Shown here: positions 55,685 through 64,000 of the stretch, piece after piece
Position numbering within the stretch: position 1 is the stretch's first letter
Layout: every line of letters starts with the position of its first letter
Assembly (NCBI GenBank): GCA_035389185.1
Contig: DAOORK010000001.1
Coordinates: forward strand, 1,006-65,005
DNA length: 64,000 nucleotides
From: Candidatus Woesebacteria bacterium
GTDB lineage: Bacteria; Patescibacteriota; Microgenomatia; UBA1400; MFAQ01
Direction of reading: 5' to 3'
The notes under the pieces: model-generated
Seen by the model: the letters and a program-made list of their open reading frames with translations, nothing else
Told to the model about the DNA's origin: nothing
Databases searched by the model: none
Made by a program: the position numbers and the translations under genes

Positions 55685-56071
55685 ATGAAACTAGAGTTAA
55701 ATATTGTTGCCGATAGTCGGTATCAGTTTGATCGGAAAAGAGTTAGAGAGGCCTTGGCTAAATTACTTGAGGAGCAGGGGATAGTTAGAGGATCAGTGAA
55801 GATTTCTTTATCAGTTGTTGGTGAGAGAAAAATTAAAGAGCTCGAGAAAAAGTATTTTGGTGAGGATAAGGTGACAGATGTGCTGTCATTTCCTCTTGAA
55901 GAAGGGGAGGCAATGCCAGACGATGAAGATGGTCTGAACCTGGGAGACATTGTAATTTGCTATCCTCAAGCCAAAAGACAAGCACTGCAATGGAATAAGT
56001 TAATAGATGAAGAAATTGAATTTTTGGCATGTCATGGCTTACTTCATCTATTGGGAATTCACCACGATTAA
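55685..56071 (+). CDS. ybeY: rRNA maturation endoribonuclease YbeY
   Basis: HGLLHLLGIHHD zinc-binding motif and YbeY length. Confidence 0.85.
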   Translation: MKLELNIVADSRYQFDRKRVREALAKLLEEQGIVRGSVKISLSVVGERKIKELEKKYFGEDKVTDVLSFPLEEGEAMPDDEDGLNLGDIVICYPQAKRQALQWNKLIDEEIEFLACHGLLHLLGIHHD

Positions 56072-56141
56072 TCCGTAGGCACACAAATGTGATAGAATCT
56101 ACACCGATGTTCTTTAATATGCGAAATTACGGAGGTGAGTA

Positions 56142-56489
56142 TTGTCAACTATACCCGTAGACAAGAGTTATCTGTTGGGTTCTGCCAAGATTATTCTCGA
56201 TAAACTTCAGGGAAAAACTTTTGATGTGATCTCTTTCCATTCAGGTTACAAAAACTGTTTGAATATTTCCGAAGAGCGCCAGTTGAAGTCTGAAGAGTAT
56301 CTGGTTATTGGCTCTTTGGTAAAGATTCCTCTGAAGCCAAGCAGAAGCCTGTCTTTTGATGTTCGGGAAAATCCGGAAATTACAATTGAATCAGAGAGAC
56401 AGATAAAGATCGTTCGTCATTTATCTCCGAGAGACACAGTGACGAGAATTATCTTAATAAATGGAGAAGTTTCCGAAGGAGACAGATAA
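56142..56489 (+). CDS. hypothetical protein
   Basis: 115-aa ORF; stop overlaps the next start (ATAATG). Confidence 0.4.
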   Translation: MSTIPVDKSYLLGSAKIILDKLQGKTFDVISFHSGYKNCLNISEERQLKSEEYLVIGSLVKIPLKPSRSLSFDVRENPEITIESERQIKIVRHLSPRDTVTRIILINGEVSEGDR

Positions 56490-56869
56490 TGTCAGCAAAA
56501 CGACCGTTACGTTTTACCATCCACCAAACCGGCGATCAAAAACTGATCGATATCTTTACTAGAAGATTAACCGGTAGAGAGTTTGATTTTGAGTATCATC
56601 TGCCGGGTATGACGAAACCGATTGTGATTGAGAATCAAAAATTATCGGTTGATACCCCGATATGTTCGATCAAATTGGAATATCGAGACAGAAGCGGTTT
56701 TCGGTGTGAGTGTCTGGTATTTGTAGTTGAAGATCAAGACGACTTGACCATCCCGGTTCCCAACAAAATGCTTGATGTCGATTTGAGTAAAGAACAAGAG
56801 GGAATCTTGGTAGTTCGGAATGACGATGATGAAGTGTACCGCTTTATTTTGCACAAGACGAAAAATTAA
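56489..56869 (+). CDS. hypothetical protein
   Basis: 126-aa ORF translationally coupled to the previous; terminator at 56875-56905. Confidence 0.4.
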   Translation: MSAKRPLRFTIHQTGDQKLIDIFTRRLTGREFDFEYHLPGMTKPIVIENQKLSVDTPICSIKLEYRDRSGFRCECLVFVVEDQDDLTIPVPNKMLDVDLSKEQEGILVVRNDDDEVYRFILHKTKN

Positions 56870-56980
56870 TTTTAGCCCGGTTTCATGCCGGGTTTTTTGT
56901 TTTTAGGTTGACAAAATGACCTATAAACAATAGAATACCCAAGCACGTTGAATTTACCTTAGACATATGGAGGTATGTAG

Positions 56981-57652
56981 GTGGCCAAAAAACGAGTAAA
57001 AGTATTCGGAAAGTTTTGTTCGGTATCTGAACCGATGTCGTTGGAGAAGGCAGAAAAACTGATCGGCGGACCCAAGAAACTATTCACGATTCAGGATTAC
57101 ACCAAGGTGTTTTCTCGTTCGCTGGATGAATCCGTCGTAAAGCGATATGAAAAAGTGCCTTTCTCCGAAGCCGAGTTGATCCAGGCACACAAGTGGGGGA
57201 TGATTTTGGTAGCTATCCCCTCGATGATCTCCCTCGAGATGCTAATTGCGGCAAATGGAGATAACTATTTGTGGGTTGCGGACAGTTTGAAAGCCGATGA
57301 TAGCTTTTTATATATAAAAACGAGACTAGGTGGCTACATACTTTTGTTCCCCGAGGTTTTTGGAACAAAAAGGATGAGCTTTCCGGAGCAGATGAAGTTT
57401 ATTCCTCAAACCCTGGAGTCTCCACTGGCTATTGAGATGGCCTACGTTGACCTGTTGGTAGCCGCAAAATATGGCAAAAAGGCATCGAGGAAGAGACTGC
57501 GCTGTTTTGATGAGTTGCACTCTGGAAAACACGTGACTGTCAGGATTGCCACAGACACTTTTAAGGTGAAAATTGAAGAAGCAGAAGATACCGAGAAAAG
57601 TTGGGATTTGGCTCTTGCCGGCGGATATTTCCGAACGACATCTACTGAGTAA
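56981..57652 (+). CDS. hypothetical protein
   Basis: GTG start after GGAGG; promoter TTGACA-17-TAGAATA followed by the ACGTTGAA motif. Confidence 0.45.
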   Translation: MAKKRVKVFGKFCSVSEPMSLEKAEKLIGGPKKLFTIQDYTKVFSRSLDESVVKRYEKVPFSEAELIQAHKWGMILVAIPSMISLEMLIAANGDNYLWVADSLKADDSFLYIKTRLGGYILLFPEVFGTKRMSFPEQMKFIPQTLESPLAIEMAYVDLLVAAKYGKKASRKRLRCFDELHSGKHVTVRIATDTFKVKIEEAEDTEKSWDLALAGGYFRTTSTE

Positions 57653-57877
57653 CTCCTACTTTGTATCTATGCCCCTGAGAAATCGGGGGTTTTTTGTGGC
57701 AAAAATGGCAAATGGGGCGATAGCTGAAACTAAACTGAAGTTTCGAGTAATTTTTATATTTTTCCGAGAGGGGTTGGGAAAATGAAATTGATATGGTTTC
57801 TAGAAAAACTGAGTGTTTTTGATATGGATTTTGGTAGTTGACACTAGTCAGGGGGACAACATAAGTTAGATGTTACC

Positions 57878-59419
57878 GTGAGCTACTATCAGAAATACCG
57901 ACCAAAGAAAATTGCCGAGCTAGACTTGGTGTCTGTGCGCGAGGCTTTACAGTCGGCTTTGATTAGCGGCAAGATTTCTCATGCATATTTGTTTGTGGGC
58001 CCTCGCGGTTCCGGAAAAACCAGTACGGCAAGGATTATGGCTCAAGTGGTAAACTGTGCGGAAAATCAAGGGAAGAAAAACAACTTAAGCGAACCTTGCG
58101 GAAAGTGTCCGTCTTGCGTTTCTCTTACCGGGGGTAGCAGTGTCGACGTGATTGAGATTGATGCCGCTTCAAGTGGACTGGTAGATGATATTCGTGACCT
58201 GAGAGACAAGGTACGTTTGGCACCTGTTCAGTTGGCTAAGAAAGTCTATATTATCGATGAGGTGCACATGGTGTCATCTGCAGGCTTCAACGCACTTCTG
58301 AAGACTTTGGAGGAGCCCCCAGAACACGCTATCTTTATTCTTTGCACAACTGAGGCTCAAAAGGTACCGGAAACAATCATTAGCCGGTGTACTCGTGTAA
58401 GTTTCACTAAAGCCACAACCAAAGAAGTTGTCGGGTCTTTGATGAAGGCAGTAAAAGGAGAAAATATAGACATTGATGAGGAGGCCTTAAACGAGATAGC
58501 CGAAGCGACAGACGGAAGTTTTCGAGAAGGACACAAGCTTTTGGAACAAGTTGCTTCATACGAAAAGACTGTTGATAGTGAGTTGGTTTTGCAAGTGTTA
58601 GGTATTGCCGGCAGACAGTCAATTAAAAAATTAGTGGAGGTTGCAAAGAAGAGAGACGCCGCAAAAGTAATCAAGCTTTTTGGAGATATGGAGAAAGCAG
58701 GAATTAAAGCTCAAGTACTGGCCCAGACACTATTGCTTGAAATAAAAAAGGATTTGGAAGAGAAGATGGGTAGAGGAGAAAGAGCTTCCGATGAACTAAT
58801 CCTTATTGACGAACTGATTGAAGCGGCAGACAAAATAAAGATCTCTCCATTACCACTTTTACCTTTGGAAATTGCCTTATTATCGCTATCGGTAGACGGT
58901 GGTGAGGAAGGGAAACCCATCCCAAAAGTGGAGACGCCTGCCCGGCAAAATGAAGTAGAAGAAATAAAAGAAACGGTTAAGACGGAAAGTTTGATTAACA
59001 GTGAAGAAACTGTAGAAAAGGGTAATGTTGTTGTTCAGAATTATACGGGGCCTTTGGCGAGTATTGACAAGATAAAATTGGAATGGCAGGACTTTTTGAA
59101 TGTGATGTCTGGCAGTTGTGGGTCTCTTGCCGGGATGCTTCGTTTGGTTTCACCGGTAGATGTCACAGGGAAATCAATTACTTTGGCAGTTTCATCAAGA
59201 TTCCAGCAAGATATGTTGGAAAGAGATACCAAAAAGAAAATTATTGAAGAACAAATGGCCAAGATCTGGGGACCGATGACTTTTAGGTGCGTGTTAAATG
59301 ACAAAGGTCCGGTAAGAACAGAAGCAATGGCTGAAGATGTAAATATTGAGCCAATCAATAAGGAGGTGTCGGTTGAGAAGGGAATAATTGATGCGGCGGA
59401 GAAGATATTTGGGGGTTAA
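57878..59419 (+). CDS. dnaX: DNA polymerase III subunit gamma/tau
   Basis: AAA+ clamp-loader motifs (GPRGSGKTS, zinc module CGKCPSC, DEVHM, SRC); GTG start 10 nt after a TTGACA-17-TAAGTT promoter (leaderless). Confidence 0.85.
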   Translation: MSYYQKYRPKKIAELDLVSVREALQSALISGKISHAYLFVGPRGSGKTSTARIMAQVVNCAENQGKKNNLSEPCGKCPSCVSLTGGSSVDVIEIDAASSGLVDDIRDLRDKVRLAPVQLAKKVYIIDEVHMVSSAGFNALLKTLEEPPEHAIFILCTTEAQKVPETIISRCTRVSFTKATTKEVVGSLMKAVKGENIDIDEEALNEIAEATDGSFREGHKLLEQVASYEKTVDSELVLQVLGIAGRQSIKKLVEVAKKRDAAKVIKLFGDMEKAGIKAQVLAQTLLLEIKKDLEEKMGRGERASDELILIDELIEAADKIKISPLPLLPLEIALLSLSVDGGEEGKPIPKVETPARQNEVEEIKETVKTESLINSEETVEKGNVVVQNYTGPLASIDKIKLEWQDFLNVMSGSCGSLAGMLRLVSPVDVTGKSITLAVSSRFQQDMLERDTKKKIIEEQMAKIWGPMTFRCVLNDKGPVRTEAMAEDVNIEPINKEVSVEKGIIDAAEKIFGG

Positions 59420-59648
59420 TTATATTTTTTGTTTTTTGTGCTTGTCGTCCATATTCTTTATTGGCCACCGATAATTTGTCGCTTCCTGCGAGCGACAATT
59501 ATCTCGATACTCGGCTTGAATTTTCTTCTTCGAAGAAACCAAGCAATTCAAGCCTGCGTAGCGCGGCACAAAGAACACTGGACTCTTGCACAAGAAAAAT
59601 ATTTTGGCTGTATTGCTATAATAGGTTTGTTAAAAGTTAATTCAAAAA

Positions 59649-59948
59649 ATGTTCAACGGAATAAAACAATTTGGTTCACAAGGCGCTGCGGTTGCCAAGT
59701 TGGCCATGCTACAGAAAAAGATTCAGAATCACAAAACTGAGGTGGAAGAAAACGATGTCAAAGCCGTTGTGACGGGAGATGGTAAATTGAAAGAATTAAC
59801 CATTGATGGAGAGAACATGAATAAGGCTGTCAAAGTGATAAATGAGGCTATTACAAAGGCTCAGAAGTACTCAGCCGAAGAGATGAAAGACTCCATGGGA
59901 GATCTATCCAAAGTGCTTGCAAACATGCCCAAAGGCACGGGTTTCTAA
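59649..59948 (+). CDS. ybaB: nucleoid-associated protein YbaB/EbfC
   Basis: YbaB-like length and pattern (VTGDGKLKELTIDGE..., C-terminal MPKGTGF); dnaX-ybaB-recR synteny. Confidence 0.7.
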   Translation: MFNGIKQFGSQGAAVAKLAMLQKKIQNHKTEVEENDVKAVVTGDGKLKELTIDGENMNKAVKVINEAITKAQKYSAEEMKDSMGDLSKVLANMPKGTGF

Positions 59949-59977
59949 TAAAAAACCCTCCTTGCGGAGGGTAATGA

Positions 59978-60409
59978 CTAATATTTGCTGTTCAGGCTAT
60001 CGATTTCAAACATACGCTTGATCTCTTCGGGGTAAACTCTTGTGACCTTGATTGTTACCTTGTTGCCGGCAGTGATGGATTCTTCCCAGCGTTTGGCGAT
60101 GTGTTCGATAATAATTGGGAAAATATAGCCATCGGTGTATAGATAATCACCAACCCAAGCATAGTACTGTTCGTTTCGGAGAATTATCTTAACCAAGGGC
60201 TCGTTGATCAAGACATCTTTTTTGATTAGACCAAAGAGGTATTCTTTGGTTGCTGGAACATTGATTTTGAAGATGTAGATGGTAACCTCGTGGTTTTCTT
60301 TGTCGTAGTGGTGCTTACAAAGATACTCACCTTCTTTTTCGATGTACTTGGTAAGTTCAGCCATGATGCAGTCAATGTTGGTACAGTTGTAGACGACGCG
60401 GATGGGCAT
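59978..60409 (-). CDS. hypothetical protein
   Basis: 143-aa ORF with AGGAGG RBS and a TGTGTCGTATATAAT..CGCACTTTAAAGGAGG leader shared with other hypotheticals; antisense insertion within the dnaX-ybaB-recR block. Confidence 0.5.
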   Translation of the reverse strand: MPIRVVYNCTNIDCIMAELTKYIEKEGEYLCKHHYDKENHEVTIYIFKINVPATKEYLFGLIKKDVLINEPLVKIILRNEQYYAWVGDYLYTDGYIFPIIIEHIAKRWEESITAGNKVTIKVTRVYPEEIKRMFEIDSLNSKY

Positions 60410-60483
60410 GATTCCTCCTTTAAAGTGCGTTTGTGGATATTATATACGACACAGGGAGTTTTTCGTGTATATTTGAGTTTGTC

Positions 60484-61092
60484 ATGAGAAGTATCCGTTC
60501 AATCCAAAAAGTAATCGATGCCTTTGAGTCTTTGCCTGGAGTAGGGCCAAAGTCGGCGGCTAGATTGGCTTACTATCTTCTGAATGTTCCTCAAGAGAAA
60601 CTAACAAAGTTTGGAGAAGCACTGGAAAATCTTAAAAAAGAAACCAAGTTATGTCAGCTATGCTTTAACGTGGGAGAAGAAGAGTTTTGTCCGGTTTGCC
60701 AGGATGATAGTCGAAATAGATCTCAGGTGTGTGTGGTGGAAAATGCTTTGGATTTACTGGCTTTTGAAAGAGCAGATGGATTCAAGGGTGTTTATCACGT
60801 ATTGGGAGGTATAATTAACCCATTGGCCAATATCGGCCCAAATGACCTGAGGATTCCTCAGCTTTTGACTAGGGTAAAAACAGAGGAAATAAAAGAGCTC
60901 ATTATAGCCACCAATCCAAACATGGAAGGGGAAGCGACAGCGATGTATATTACTCAGAAAATCAAAGATATGGAAATGGCGAATGAAATAAAGATTACGA
61001 GAATTGGAAGGGGACTGCCGACTGGGGCAGATGTGGAGTATGCCGATGGCCAGACACTTTTGCGGGCTCTAGAGGGTAGAAGCGAGATGTAG
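60484..61092 (+). CDS. recR: recombination protein RecR
   Basis: HhH LPGVGPKSAARLAYYLL, C4 zinc finger CQLCFNVGEEEFCPVC, Toprim (TNPNMEGEATA). Confidence 0.85.
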   Translation: MRSIRSIQKVIDAFESLPGVGPKSAARLAYYLLNVPQEKLTKFGEALENLKKETKLCQLCFNVGEEEFCPVCQDDSRNRSQVCVVENALDLLAFERADGFKGVYHVLGGIINPLANIGPNDLRIPQLLTRVKTEEIKELIIATNPNMEGEATAMYITQKIKDMEMANEIKITRIGRGLPTGADVEYADGQTLLRALEGRSEM

Positions 61093-61156
61093 GTGTTTGA
61101 TTTTTCATTATAGGATTGGTACAATACGGGTCAACTGAACTTTAAAAGGAGTGAAG

Positions 61157-61513
61157 ATGGACTTTGATAAGAAGAAAAAAGTGCTCAGACCGCGTGAAGG
61201 TTATGAATCTGTTTGCATAACTGGATTAGGAAAAAGCAAGGATGAGATTATTTCTGAAATAGCCTCAAACCGAAAATCTTCATACATCGCAGTAACATTT
61301 GATTTAGTTCCAGGGCGATGGTTATTTATCACGCGAGACACAACCTGGGGTGATGTTTATACCTATTTGGACCTAGTTTTTCCGAAACGTGTATATTCGC
61401 TCGAGTTCCCAGAAAAGTTGACGGCATTAATTAAGGAAAAGGCGGCCAAGAGCGGCAAAACCGAGAACGAGATTATTGCAGAAGCTCTTGAGAAGTTTGT
61501 AGTTAAAAACTAG
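61157..61513 (+). CDS. hypothetical protein with C-terminal ribbon-helix-helix-like segment
   Basis: AAAGGAG RBS; C-terminal KLTALIKEKAAKSGKTENEIIAEALEKFV resembles a CopG/RHH fold; terminator at 61520-61550. Confidence 0.45.
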   Translation: MDFDKKKKVLRPREGYESVCITGLGKSKDEIISEIASNRKSSYIAVTFDLVPGRWLFITRDTTWGDVYTYLDLVFPKRVYSLEFPEKLTALIKEKAAKSGKTENEIIAEALEKFVVKN

Positions 61514-61844
61514 TAAAATTGTTTGTCTATACGCCCCCAATTAAGGGGGCGTTTTTTTGAGCAAAAGGACCTATAGGCTTGACTTTTATGCGTGATTGTG
61601 GTAAGATAACCCATTGAAAATTGAGAAGGAGAATAGTATCGGTGAATAGCAATGAGGACTTGGTTGGCGTCCTTAATAGAGTCGGGTTTTCTGAAATCCT
61701 CTCTGCCAACTGCAAAATATTGTCCGGGGAAGCGTAAGCAACCCCGGTTTTTTTATGGGTAATTTTGTTGTAACCTTAGTTATGGATAACGAGAAAGGAA
61801 TAGGAAACCAAGAGACGGGAGTAGAAGAGGTTGTGGATGTTTCT

Positions 61845-62411
61845 ATGAAAGAGGTTGGTAAAATACTTCTAGCCCAAACACCTGGACTGGTTGTAATTGA
61901 CAATGACTTTTCTTTGAAGACAAAAGAGTATGAACTGGGTTTGGGAGGAAAAGAACCGGGAAGAATACCTGAGGAATCGGCCGAGCTACTGAGAAAACTA
62001 AGACAGTCTGGTTGGCAGGTGTTGGTGGTATCAAATCAGCCAAAAGAAGGTCACCAGGTGGCAAGATTGATCAAAAAAATGAAAGGGGCGGAGTATCCTA
62101 TTTTCCCGGATACGGTTAAAGAAATCATTGGCGATGGAAATGTTCATGGAGGAGGAAAAGATTTTTTGTGGAATAAATATAAAGACTCTCGAAAAGCAGT
62201 CGAAAAAACGGCCGATTGGCTGGTTGATCACGCTCAGTATGTACTTGGTCAGGTTTACTTTGTTGGGGATAGACAGAGTGATGTGGAGTTTGGTAGAAGA
62301 GTCGATAAAGAGCTAAAAGAAAAAGGGTTTCGCAGGCAAGTAAATACATGGAAAGTTAAAGGATTGGAGCTTCCAAAGCCATTGAAACCACTGGAAAAGT
62401 ATATTCCGTAA
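61845..62411 (+). CDS. HAD-IIIA family phosphatase (GmhB/HisB-N-like)
   Basis: Motif I VVIDNDFS (DxD), motif II VVSNQP, motif IV FVGDRQSD; start set at MKEVGK so motif I lies near the N-terminus (ORF frame opens at 61755). Confidence 0.55.
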   Translation: MKEVGKILLAQTPGLVVIDNDFSLKTKEYELGLGGKEPGRIPEESAELLRKLRQSGWQVLVVSNQPKEGHQVARLIKKMKGAEYPIFPDTVKEIIGDGNVHGGGKDFLWNKYKDSRKAVEKTADWLVDHAQYVLGQVYFVGDRQSDVEFGRRVDKELKEKGFRRQVNTWKVKGLELPKPLKPLEKYIP

Positions 62412-62437
62412 CGATTAAGTGTGATTAAATTGAGGTA

Positions 62438-62857
62438 ATGCCCAGTGTATTAGGTCAAGTTGGTCAGAGTGTGGCCGACAATTTATTTGAGATTGGTCAA
62501 AGTGCGGTAAAAGGAACGGTGAAAGCCGCGAAGGATATTGCTGGTGAGTCGATTGAGCAGATTACCTCGGCTCCGGTTCAGGCAACAGCGCCGGTTGTAG
62601 AGAAGCCTGCCAGCATTGCGAGTCAGACGGGAGACGAAAGTAAAAAAAGACAGGAAAGACAAAGGTTAGAAGAGGTAAAAGCAGAGTTGGCCCAGTTTAT
62701 CCAAAGAAAGCAGCAGCTAGATCAGCGAATTGAACAGGAGAAGACAGAAGAAGTGCAGCAGGAAAAAGTGTTGGAACAGAGAAAGAAACAGTCGTGGGTA
62801 AGTAGGGTCATCAATAGGTCACAAACGAATACGGAAAGAGGAAGACTACAGGAATAG
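62438..62857 (+). CDS. hypothetical coiled-coil protein
   Basis: 139-aa ORF, C-terminal Q/E/K-rich heptads. Confidence 0.4.
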   Translation: MPSVLGQVGQSVADNLFEIGQSAVKGTVKAAKDIAGESIEQITSAPVQATAPVVEKPASIASQTGDESKKRQERQRLEEVKAELAQFIQRKQQLDQRIEQEKTEEVQQEKVLEQRKKQSWVSRVINRSQTNTERGRLQE

Positions 62858-62943
62858 GGAAGGTATCGGCCTATAGGGGTTGAAATAGCGGAAATAGGGC
62901 GATATACTACACCAACTTAGTACATTCAAAGGAGGTATGCGCA

Positions 62944-63396
62944 ATGACTCAGGATATGTTTGATCTTTTTGTTCGTGTTGATATGCGTCTGGACGATCTT
63001 AAAGAGAATATTTCAGGTGATAAAAACGCTTTTGTATCAGGGGTAATTACCGGCCTTTCTTTAGGCTTAGCCAGAATTAGGTCGAGTCTCGTGGCTCCTG
63101 AGGCTTGTTTTGTTGATCTGCTGGCCAATGGAGAAATGAATCTTTCTGACCTGATTCATGAAGCCAACAGCACCATGCCGGTTGGTTATTTCTGTGATGA
63201 AAAAATGTTTTACAAGCTGATCTATCGCCTGAGCCCGTCTGGCAAGTATTACAGCGAGGGTATTCGACTGGGGTTCAATTACGTCTTTGAACTGTCCAGT
63301 GCCCGAGGTGTTACTGGCCTTACGGATTCAAAGCTGGACTCCGTTAAGGGTCTTGTCGGGAAATTGATGGCTGAGTTAATGAAGAGACAGTTTTGA
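62944..63396 (+). CDS. hypothetical protein
   Basis: AAAGGAGG RBS; terminator at 63405-63430. Confidence 0.45.
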   Translation: MTQDMFDLFVRVDMRLDDLKENISGDKNAFVSGVITGLSLGLARIRSSLVAPEACFVDLLANGEMNLSDLIHEANSTMPVGYFCDEKMFYKLIYRLSPSGKYYSEGIRLGFNYVFELSSARGVTGLTDSKLDSVKGLVGKLMAELMKRQF

Positions 63397-63443
63397 TTTG
63401 TAGCACCCCTTCGGGGGTGCTTTTTTGTTACAATCAAAGCTAT

Positions 63444-64000
63444 ATGTTACATCTTTACAACAGCTTGTCAAAAAAGATTGAGGAAGTGACTCCGATTCAT
63501 AAAGGTGAGGTTGGGATGTATGCTTGTGGACCAACAGTGTATGGATTTACCCACATTGGACATGGTCGTAAGTATGTAACCGATGATGTTTTAAGAAGAA
63601 CTTTAGAGATTATTGAAGAGTTGAAGGTTACCCATGTACAGAATGTGACTGACGTTGGACACTTAGTTTCCGACGCTGATGAAGGAGAGGACAAGATAGA
63701 GAAGGGCGCAGAAGCCACTGGAAAAACAGTTTGGGAAGTAGCAGAGGAGTACACCGAGTATTTCAACAAGGTGATGAAAGAGCTGAATATCCTGCCTCCA
63801 ACTGTAGTCTGTAAAGCAACTGACCATATTGAAGATCAAATTGCTTTGATAGAGAAAATTATGGCCAATGGATATGCATATGATACGGAAGAAGCCGTGT
63901 ATTTTGACGTAACAAAATTTGAAGATTACGGCCGGATGTTTAATCAGTCGTTTGAGGATAAAACGGTGGGGTCCCGTGAGGAGGTGGAAACGGATAACCT
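63444..64000 (+). CDS. cysS: cysteinyl-tRNA synthetase (5' partial, runs off the window)
   Basis: MYACGPTVYGFTHIGHGR (class I HIGH motif) with CysRS N-terminal layout. Confidence 0.8.
   Translation, partial: MLHLYNSLSKKIEEVTPIHKGEVGMYACGPTVYGFTHIGHGRKYVTDDVLRRTLEIIEELKVTHVQNVTDVGHLVSDADEGEDKIEKGAEATGKTVWEVAEEYTEYFNKVMKELNILPPTVVCKATDHIEDQIALIEKIMANGYAYDTEEAVYFDVTKFEDYGRMFNQSFEDKTVGSREEVETDN

Overview
AT-rich window (roughly 40% GC by eye) from a small-genome bacterium. Gene content and architecture are consistent with a Candidate Phyla Radiation (Patescibacteria)-like organism. This is an inference from short genes, many lineage-specific hypotheticals, Elp3, ThyX, a K-rich S2 extension and missing operon members. 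Recognisable housekeeping genes include tsaC, dCMP deaminase, L33, L28, def/fmt and mreB, with mreC, an mreD-like gene and PBP2 encoded separately. Also present are topA, a thyX-tmk-glyA-folD thymidylate/folate cluster, rpsB-tsf-frr, rseP, HIT, rpsU-yqeY, ybeY, dnaX-ybaB-recR, a 5' partial cysS, a PAS/Cache/histidine-kinase/response-regulator signalling cluster, an Elp3 homologue, and four tRNAs (Trp, Thr, Thr, Tyr). Most other genes are hypotheticals, several as tandem paralog families. Noncoding signals that stand out: (1) a ~200-bp repeat family in three intergenic copies, two near-identical and one divergent copy carrying compensatory hairpin changes, arguing for a structured RNA or MITE; (2) a ~550-nt GC-enriched ORF-free locus with a strong extended -10 promoter and an intrinsic terminator, a candidate unassigned ncRNA; (3) a ~420-bp ORF-free region downstream of the tRNA cluster containing two identical 34-bp hairpin repeats; (4) recurrent promoter-proximal/5'-leader motifs (CGCACCCTAAAAAGGAGG and ACGTTGAAAAT families) and many apparently leaderless mRNAs; (5) a homopolymer frameshift splitting a nucleoside 2-deoxyribosyltransferase-like gene; (6) a duplicated tRNA-Trp 3' end that may be an integration scar. 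All functional calls come from motif recognition by eye; no searches were run.
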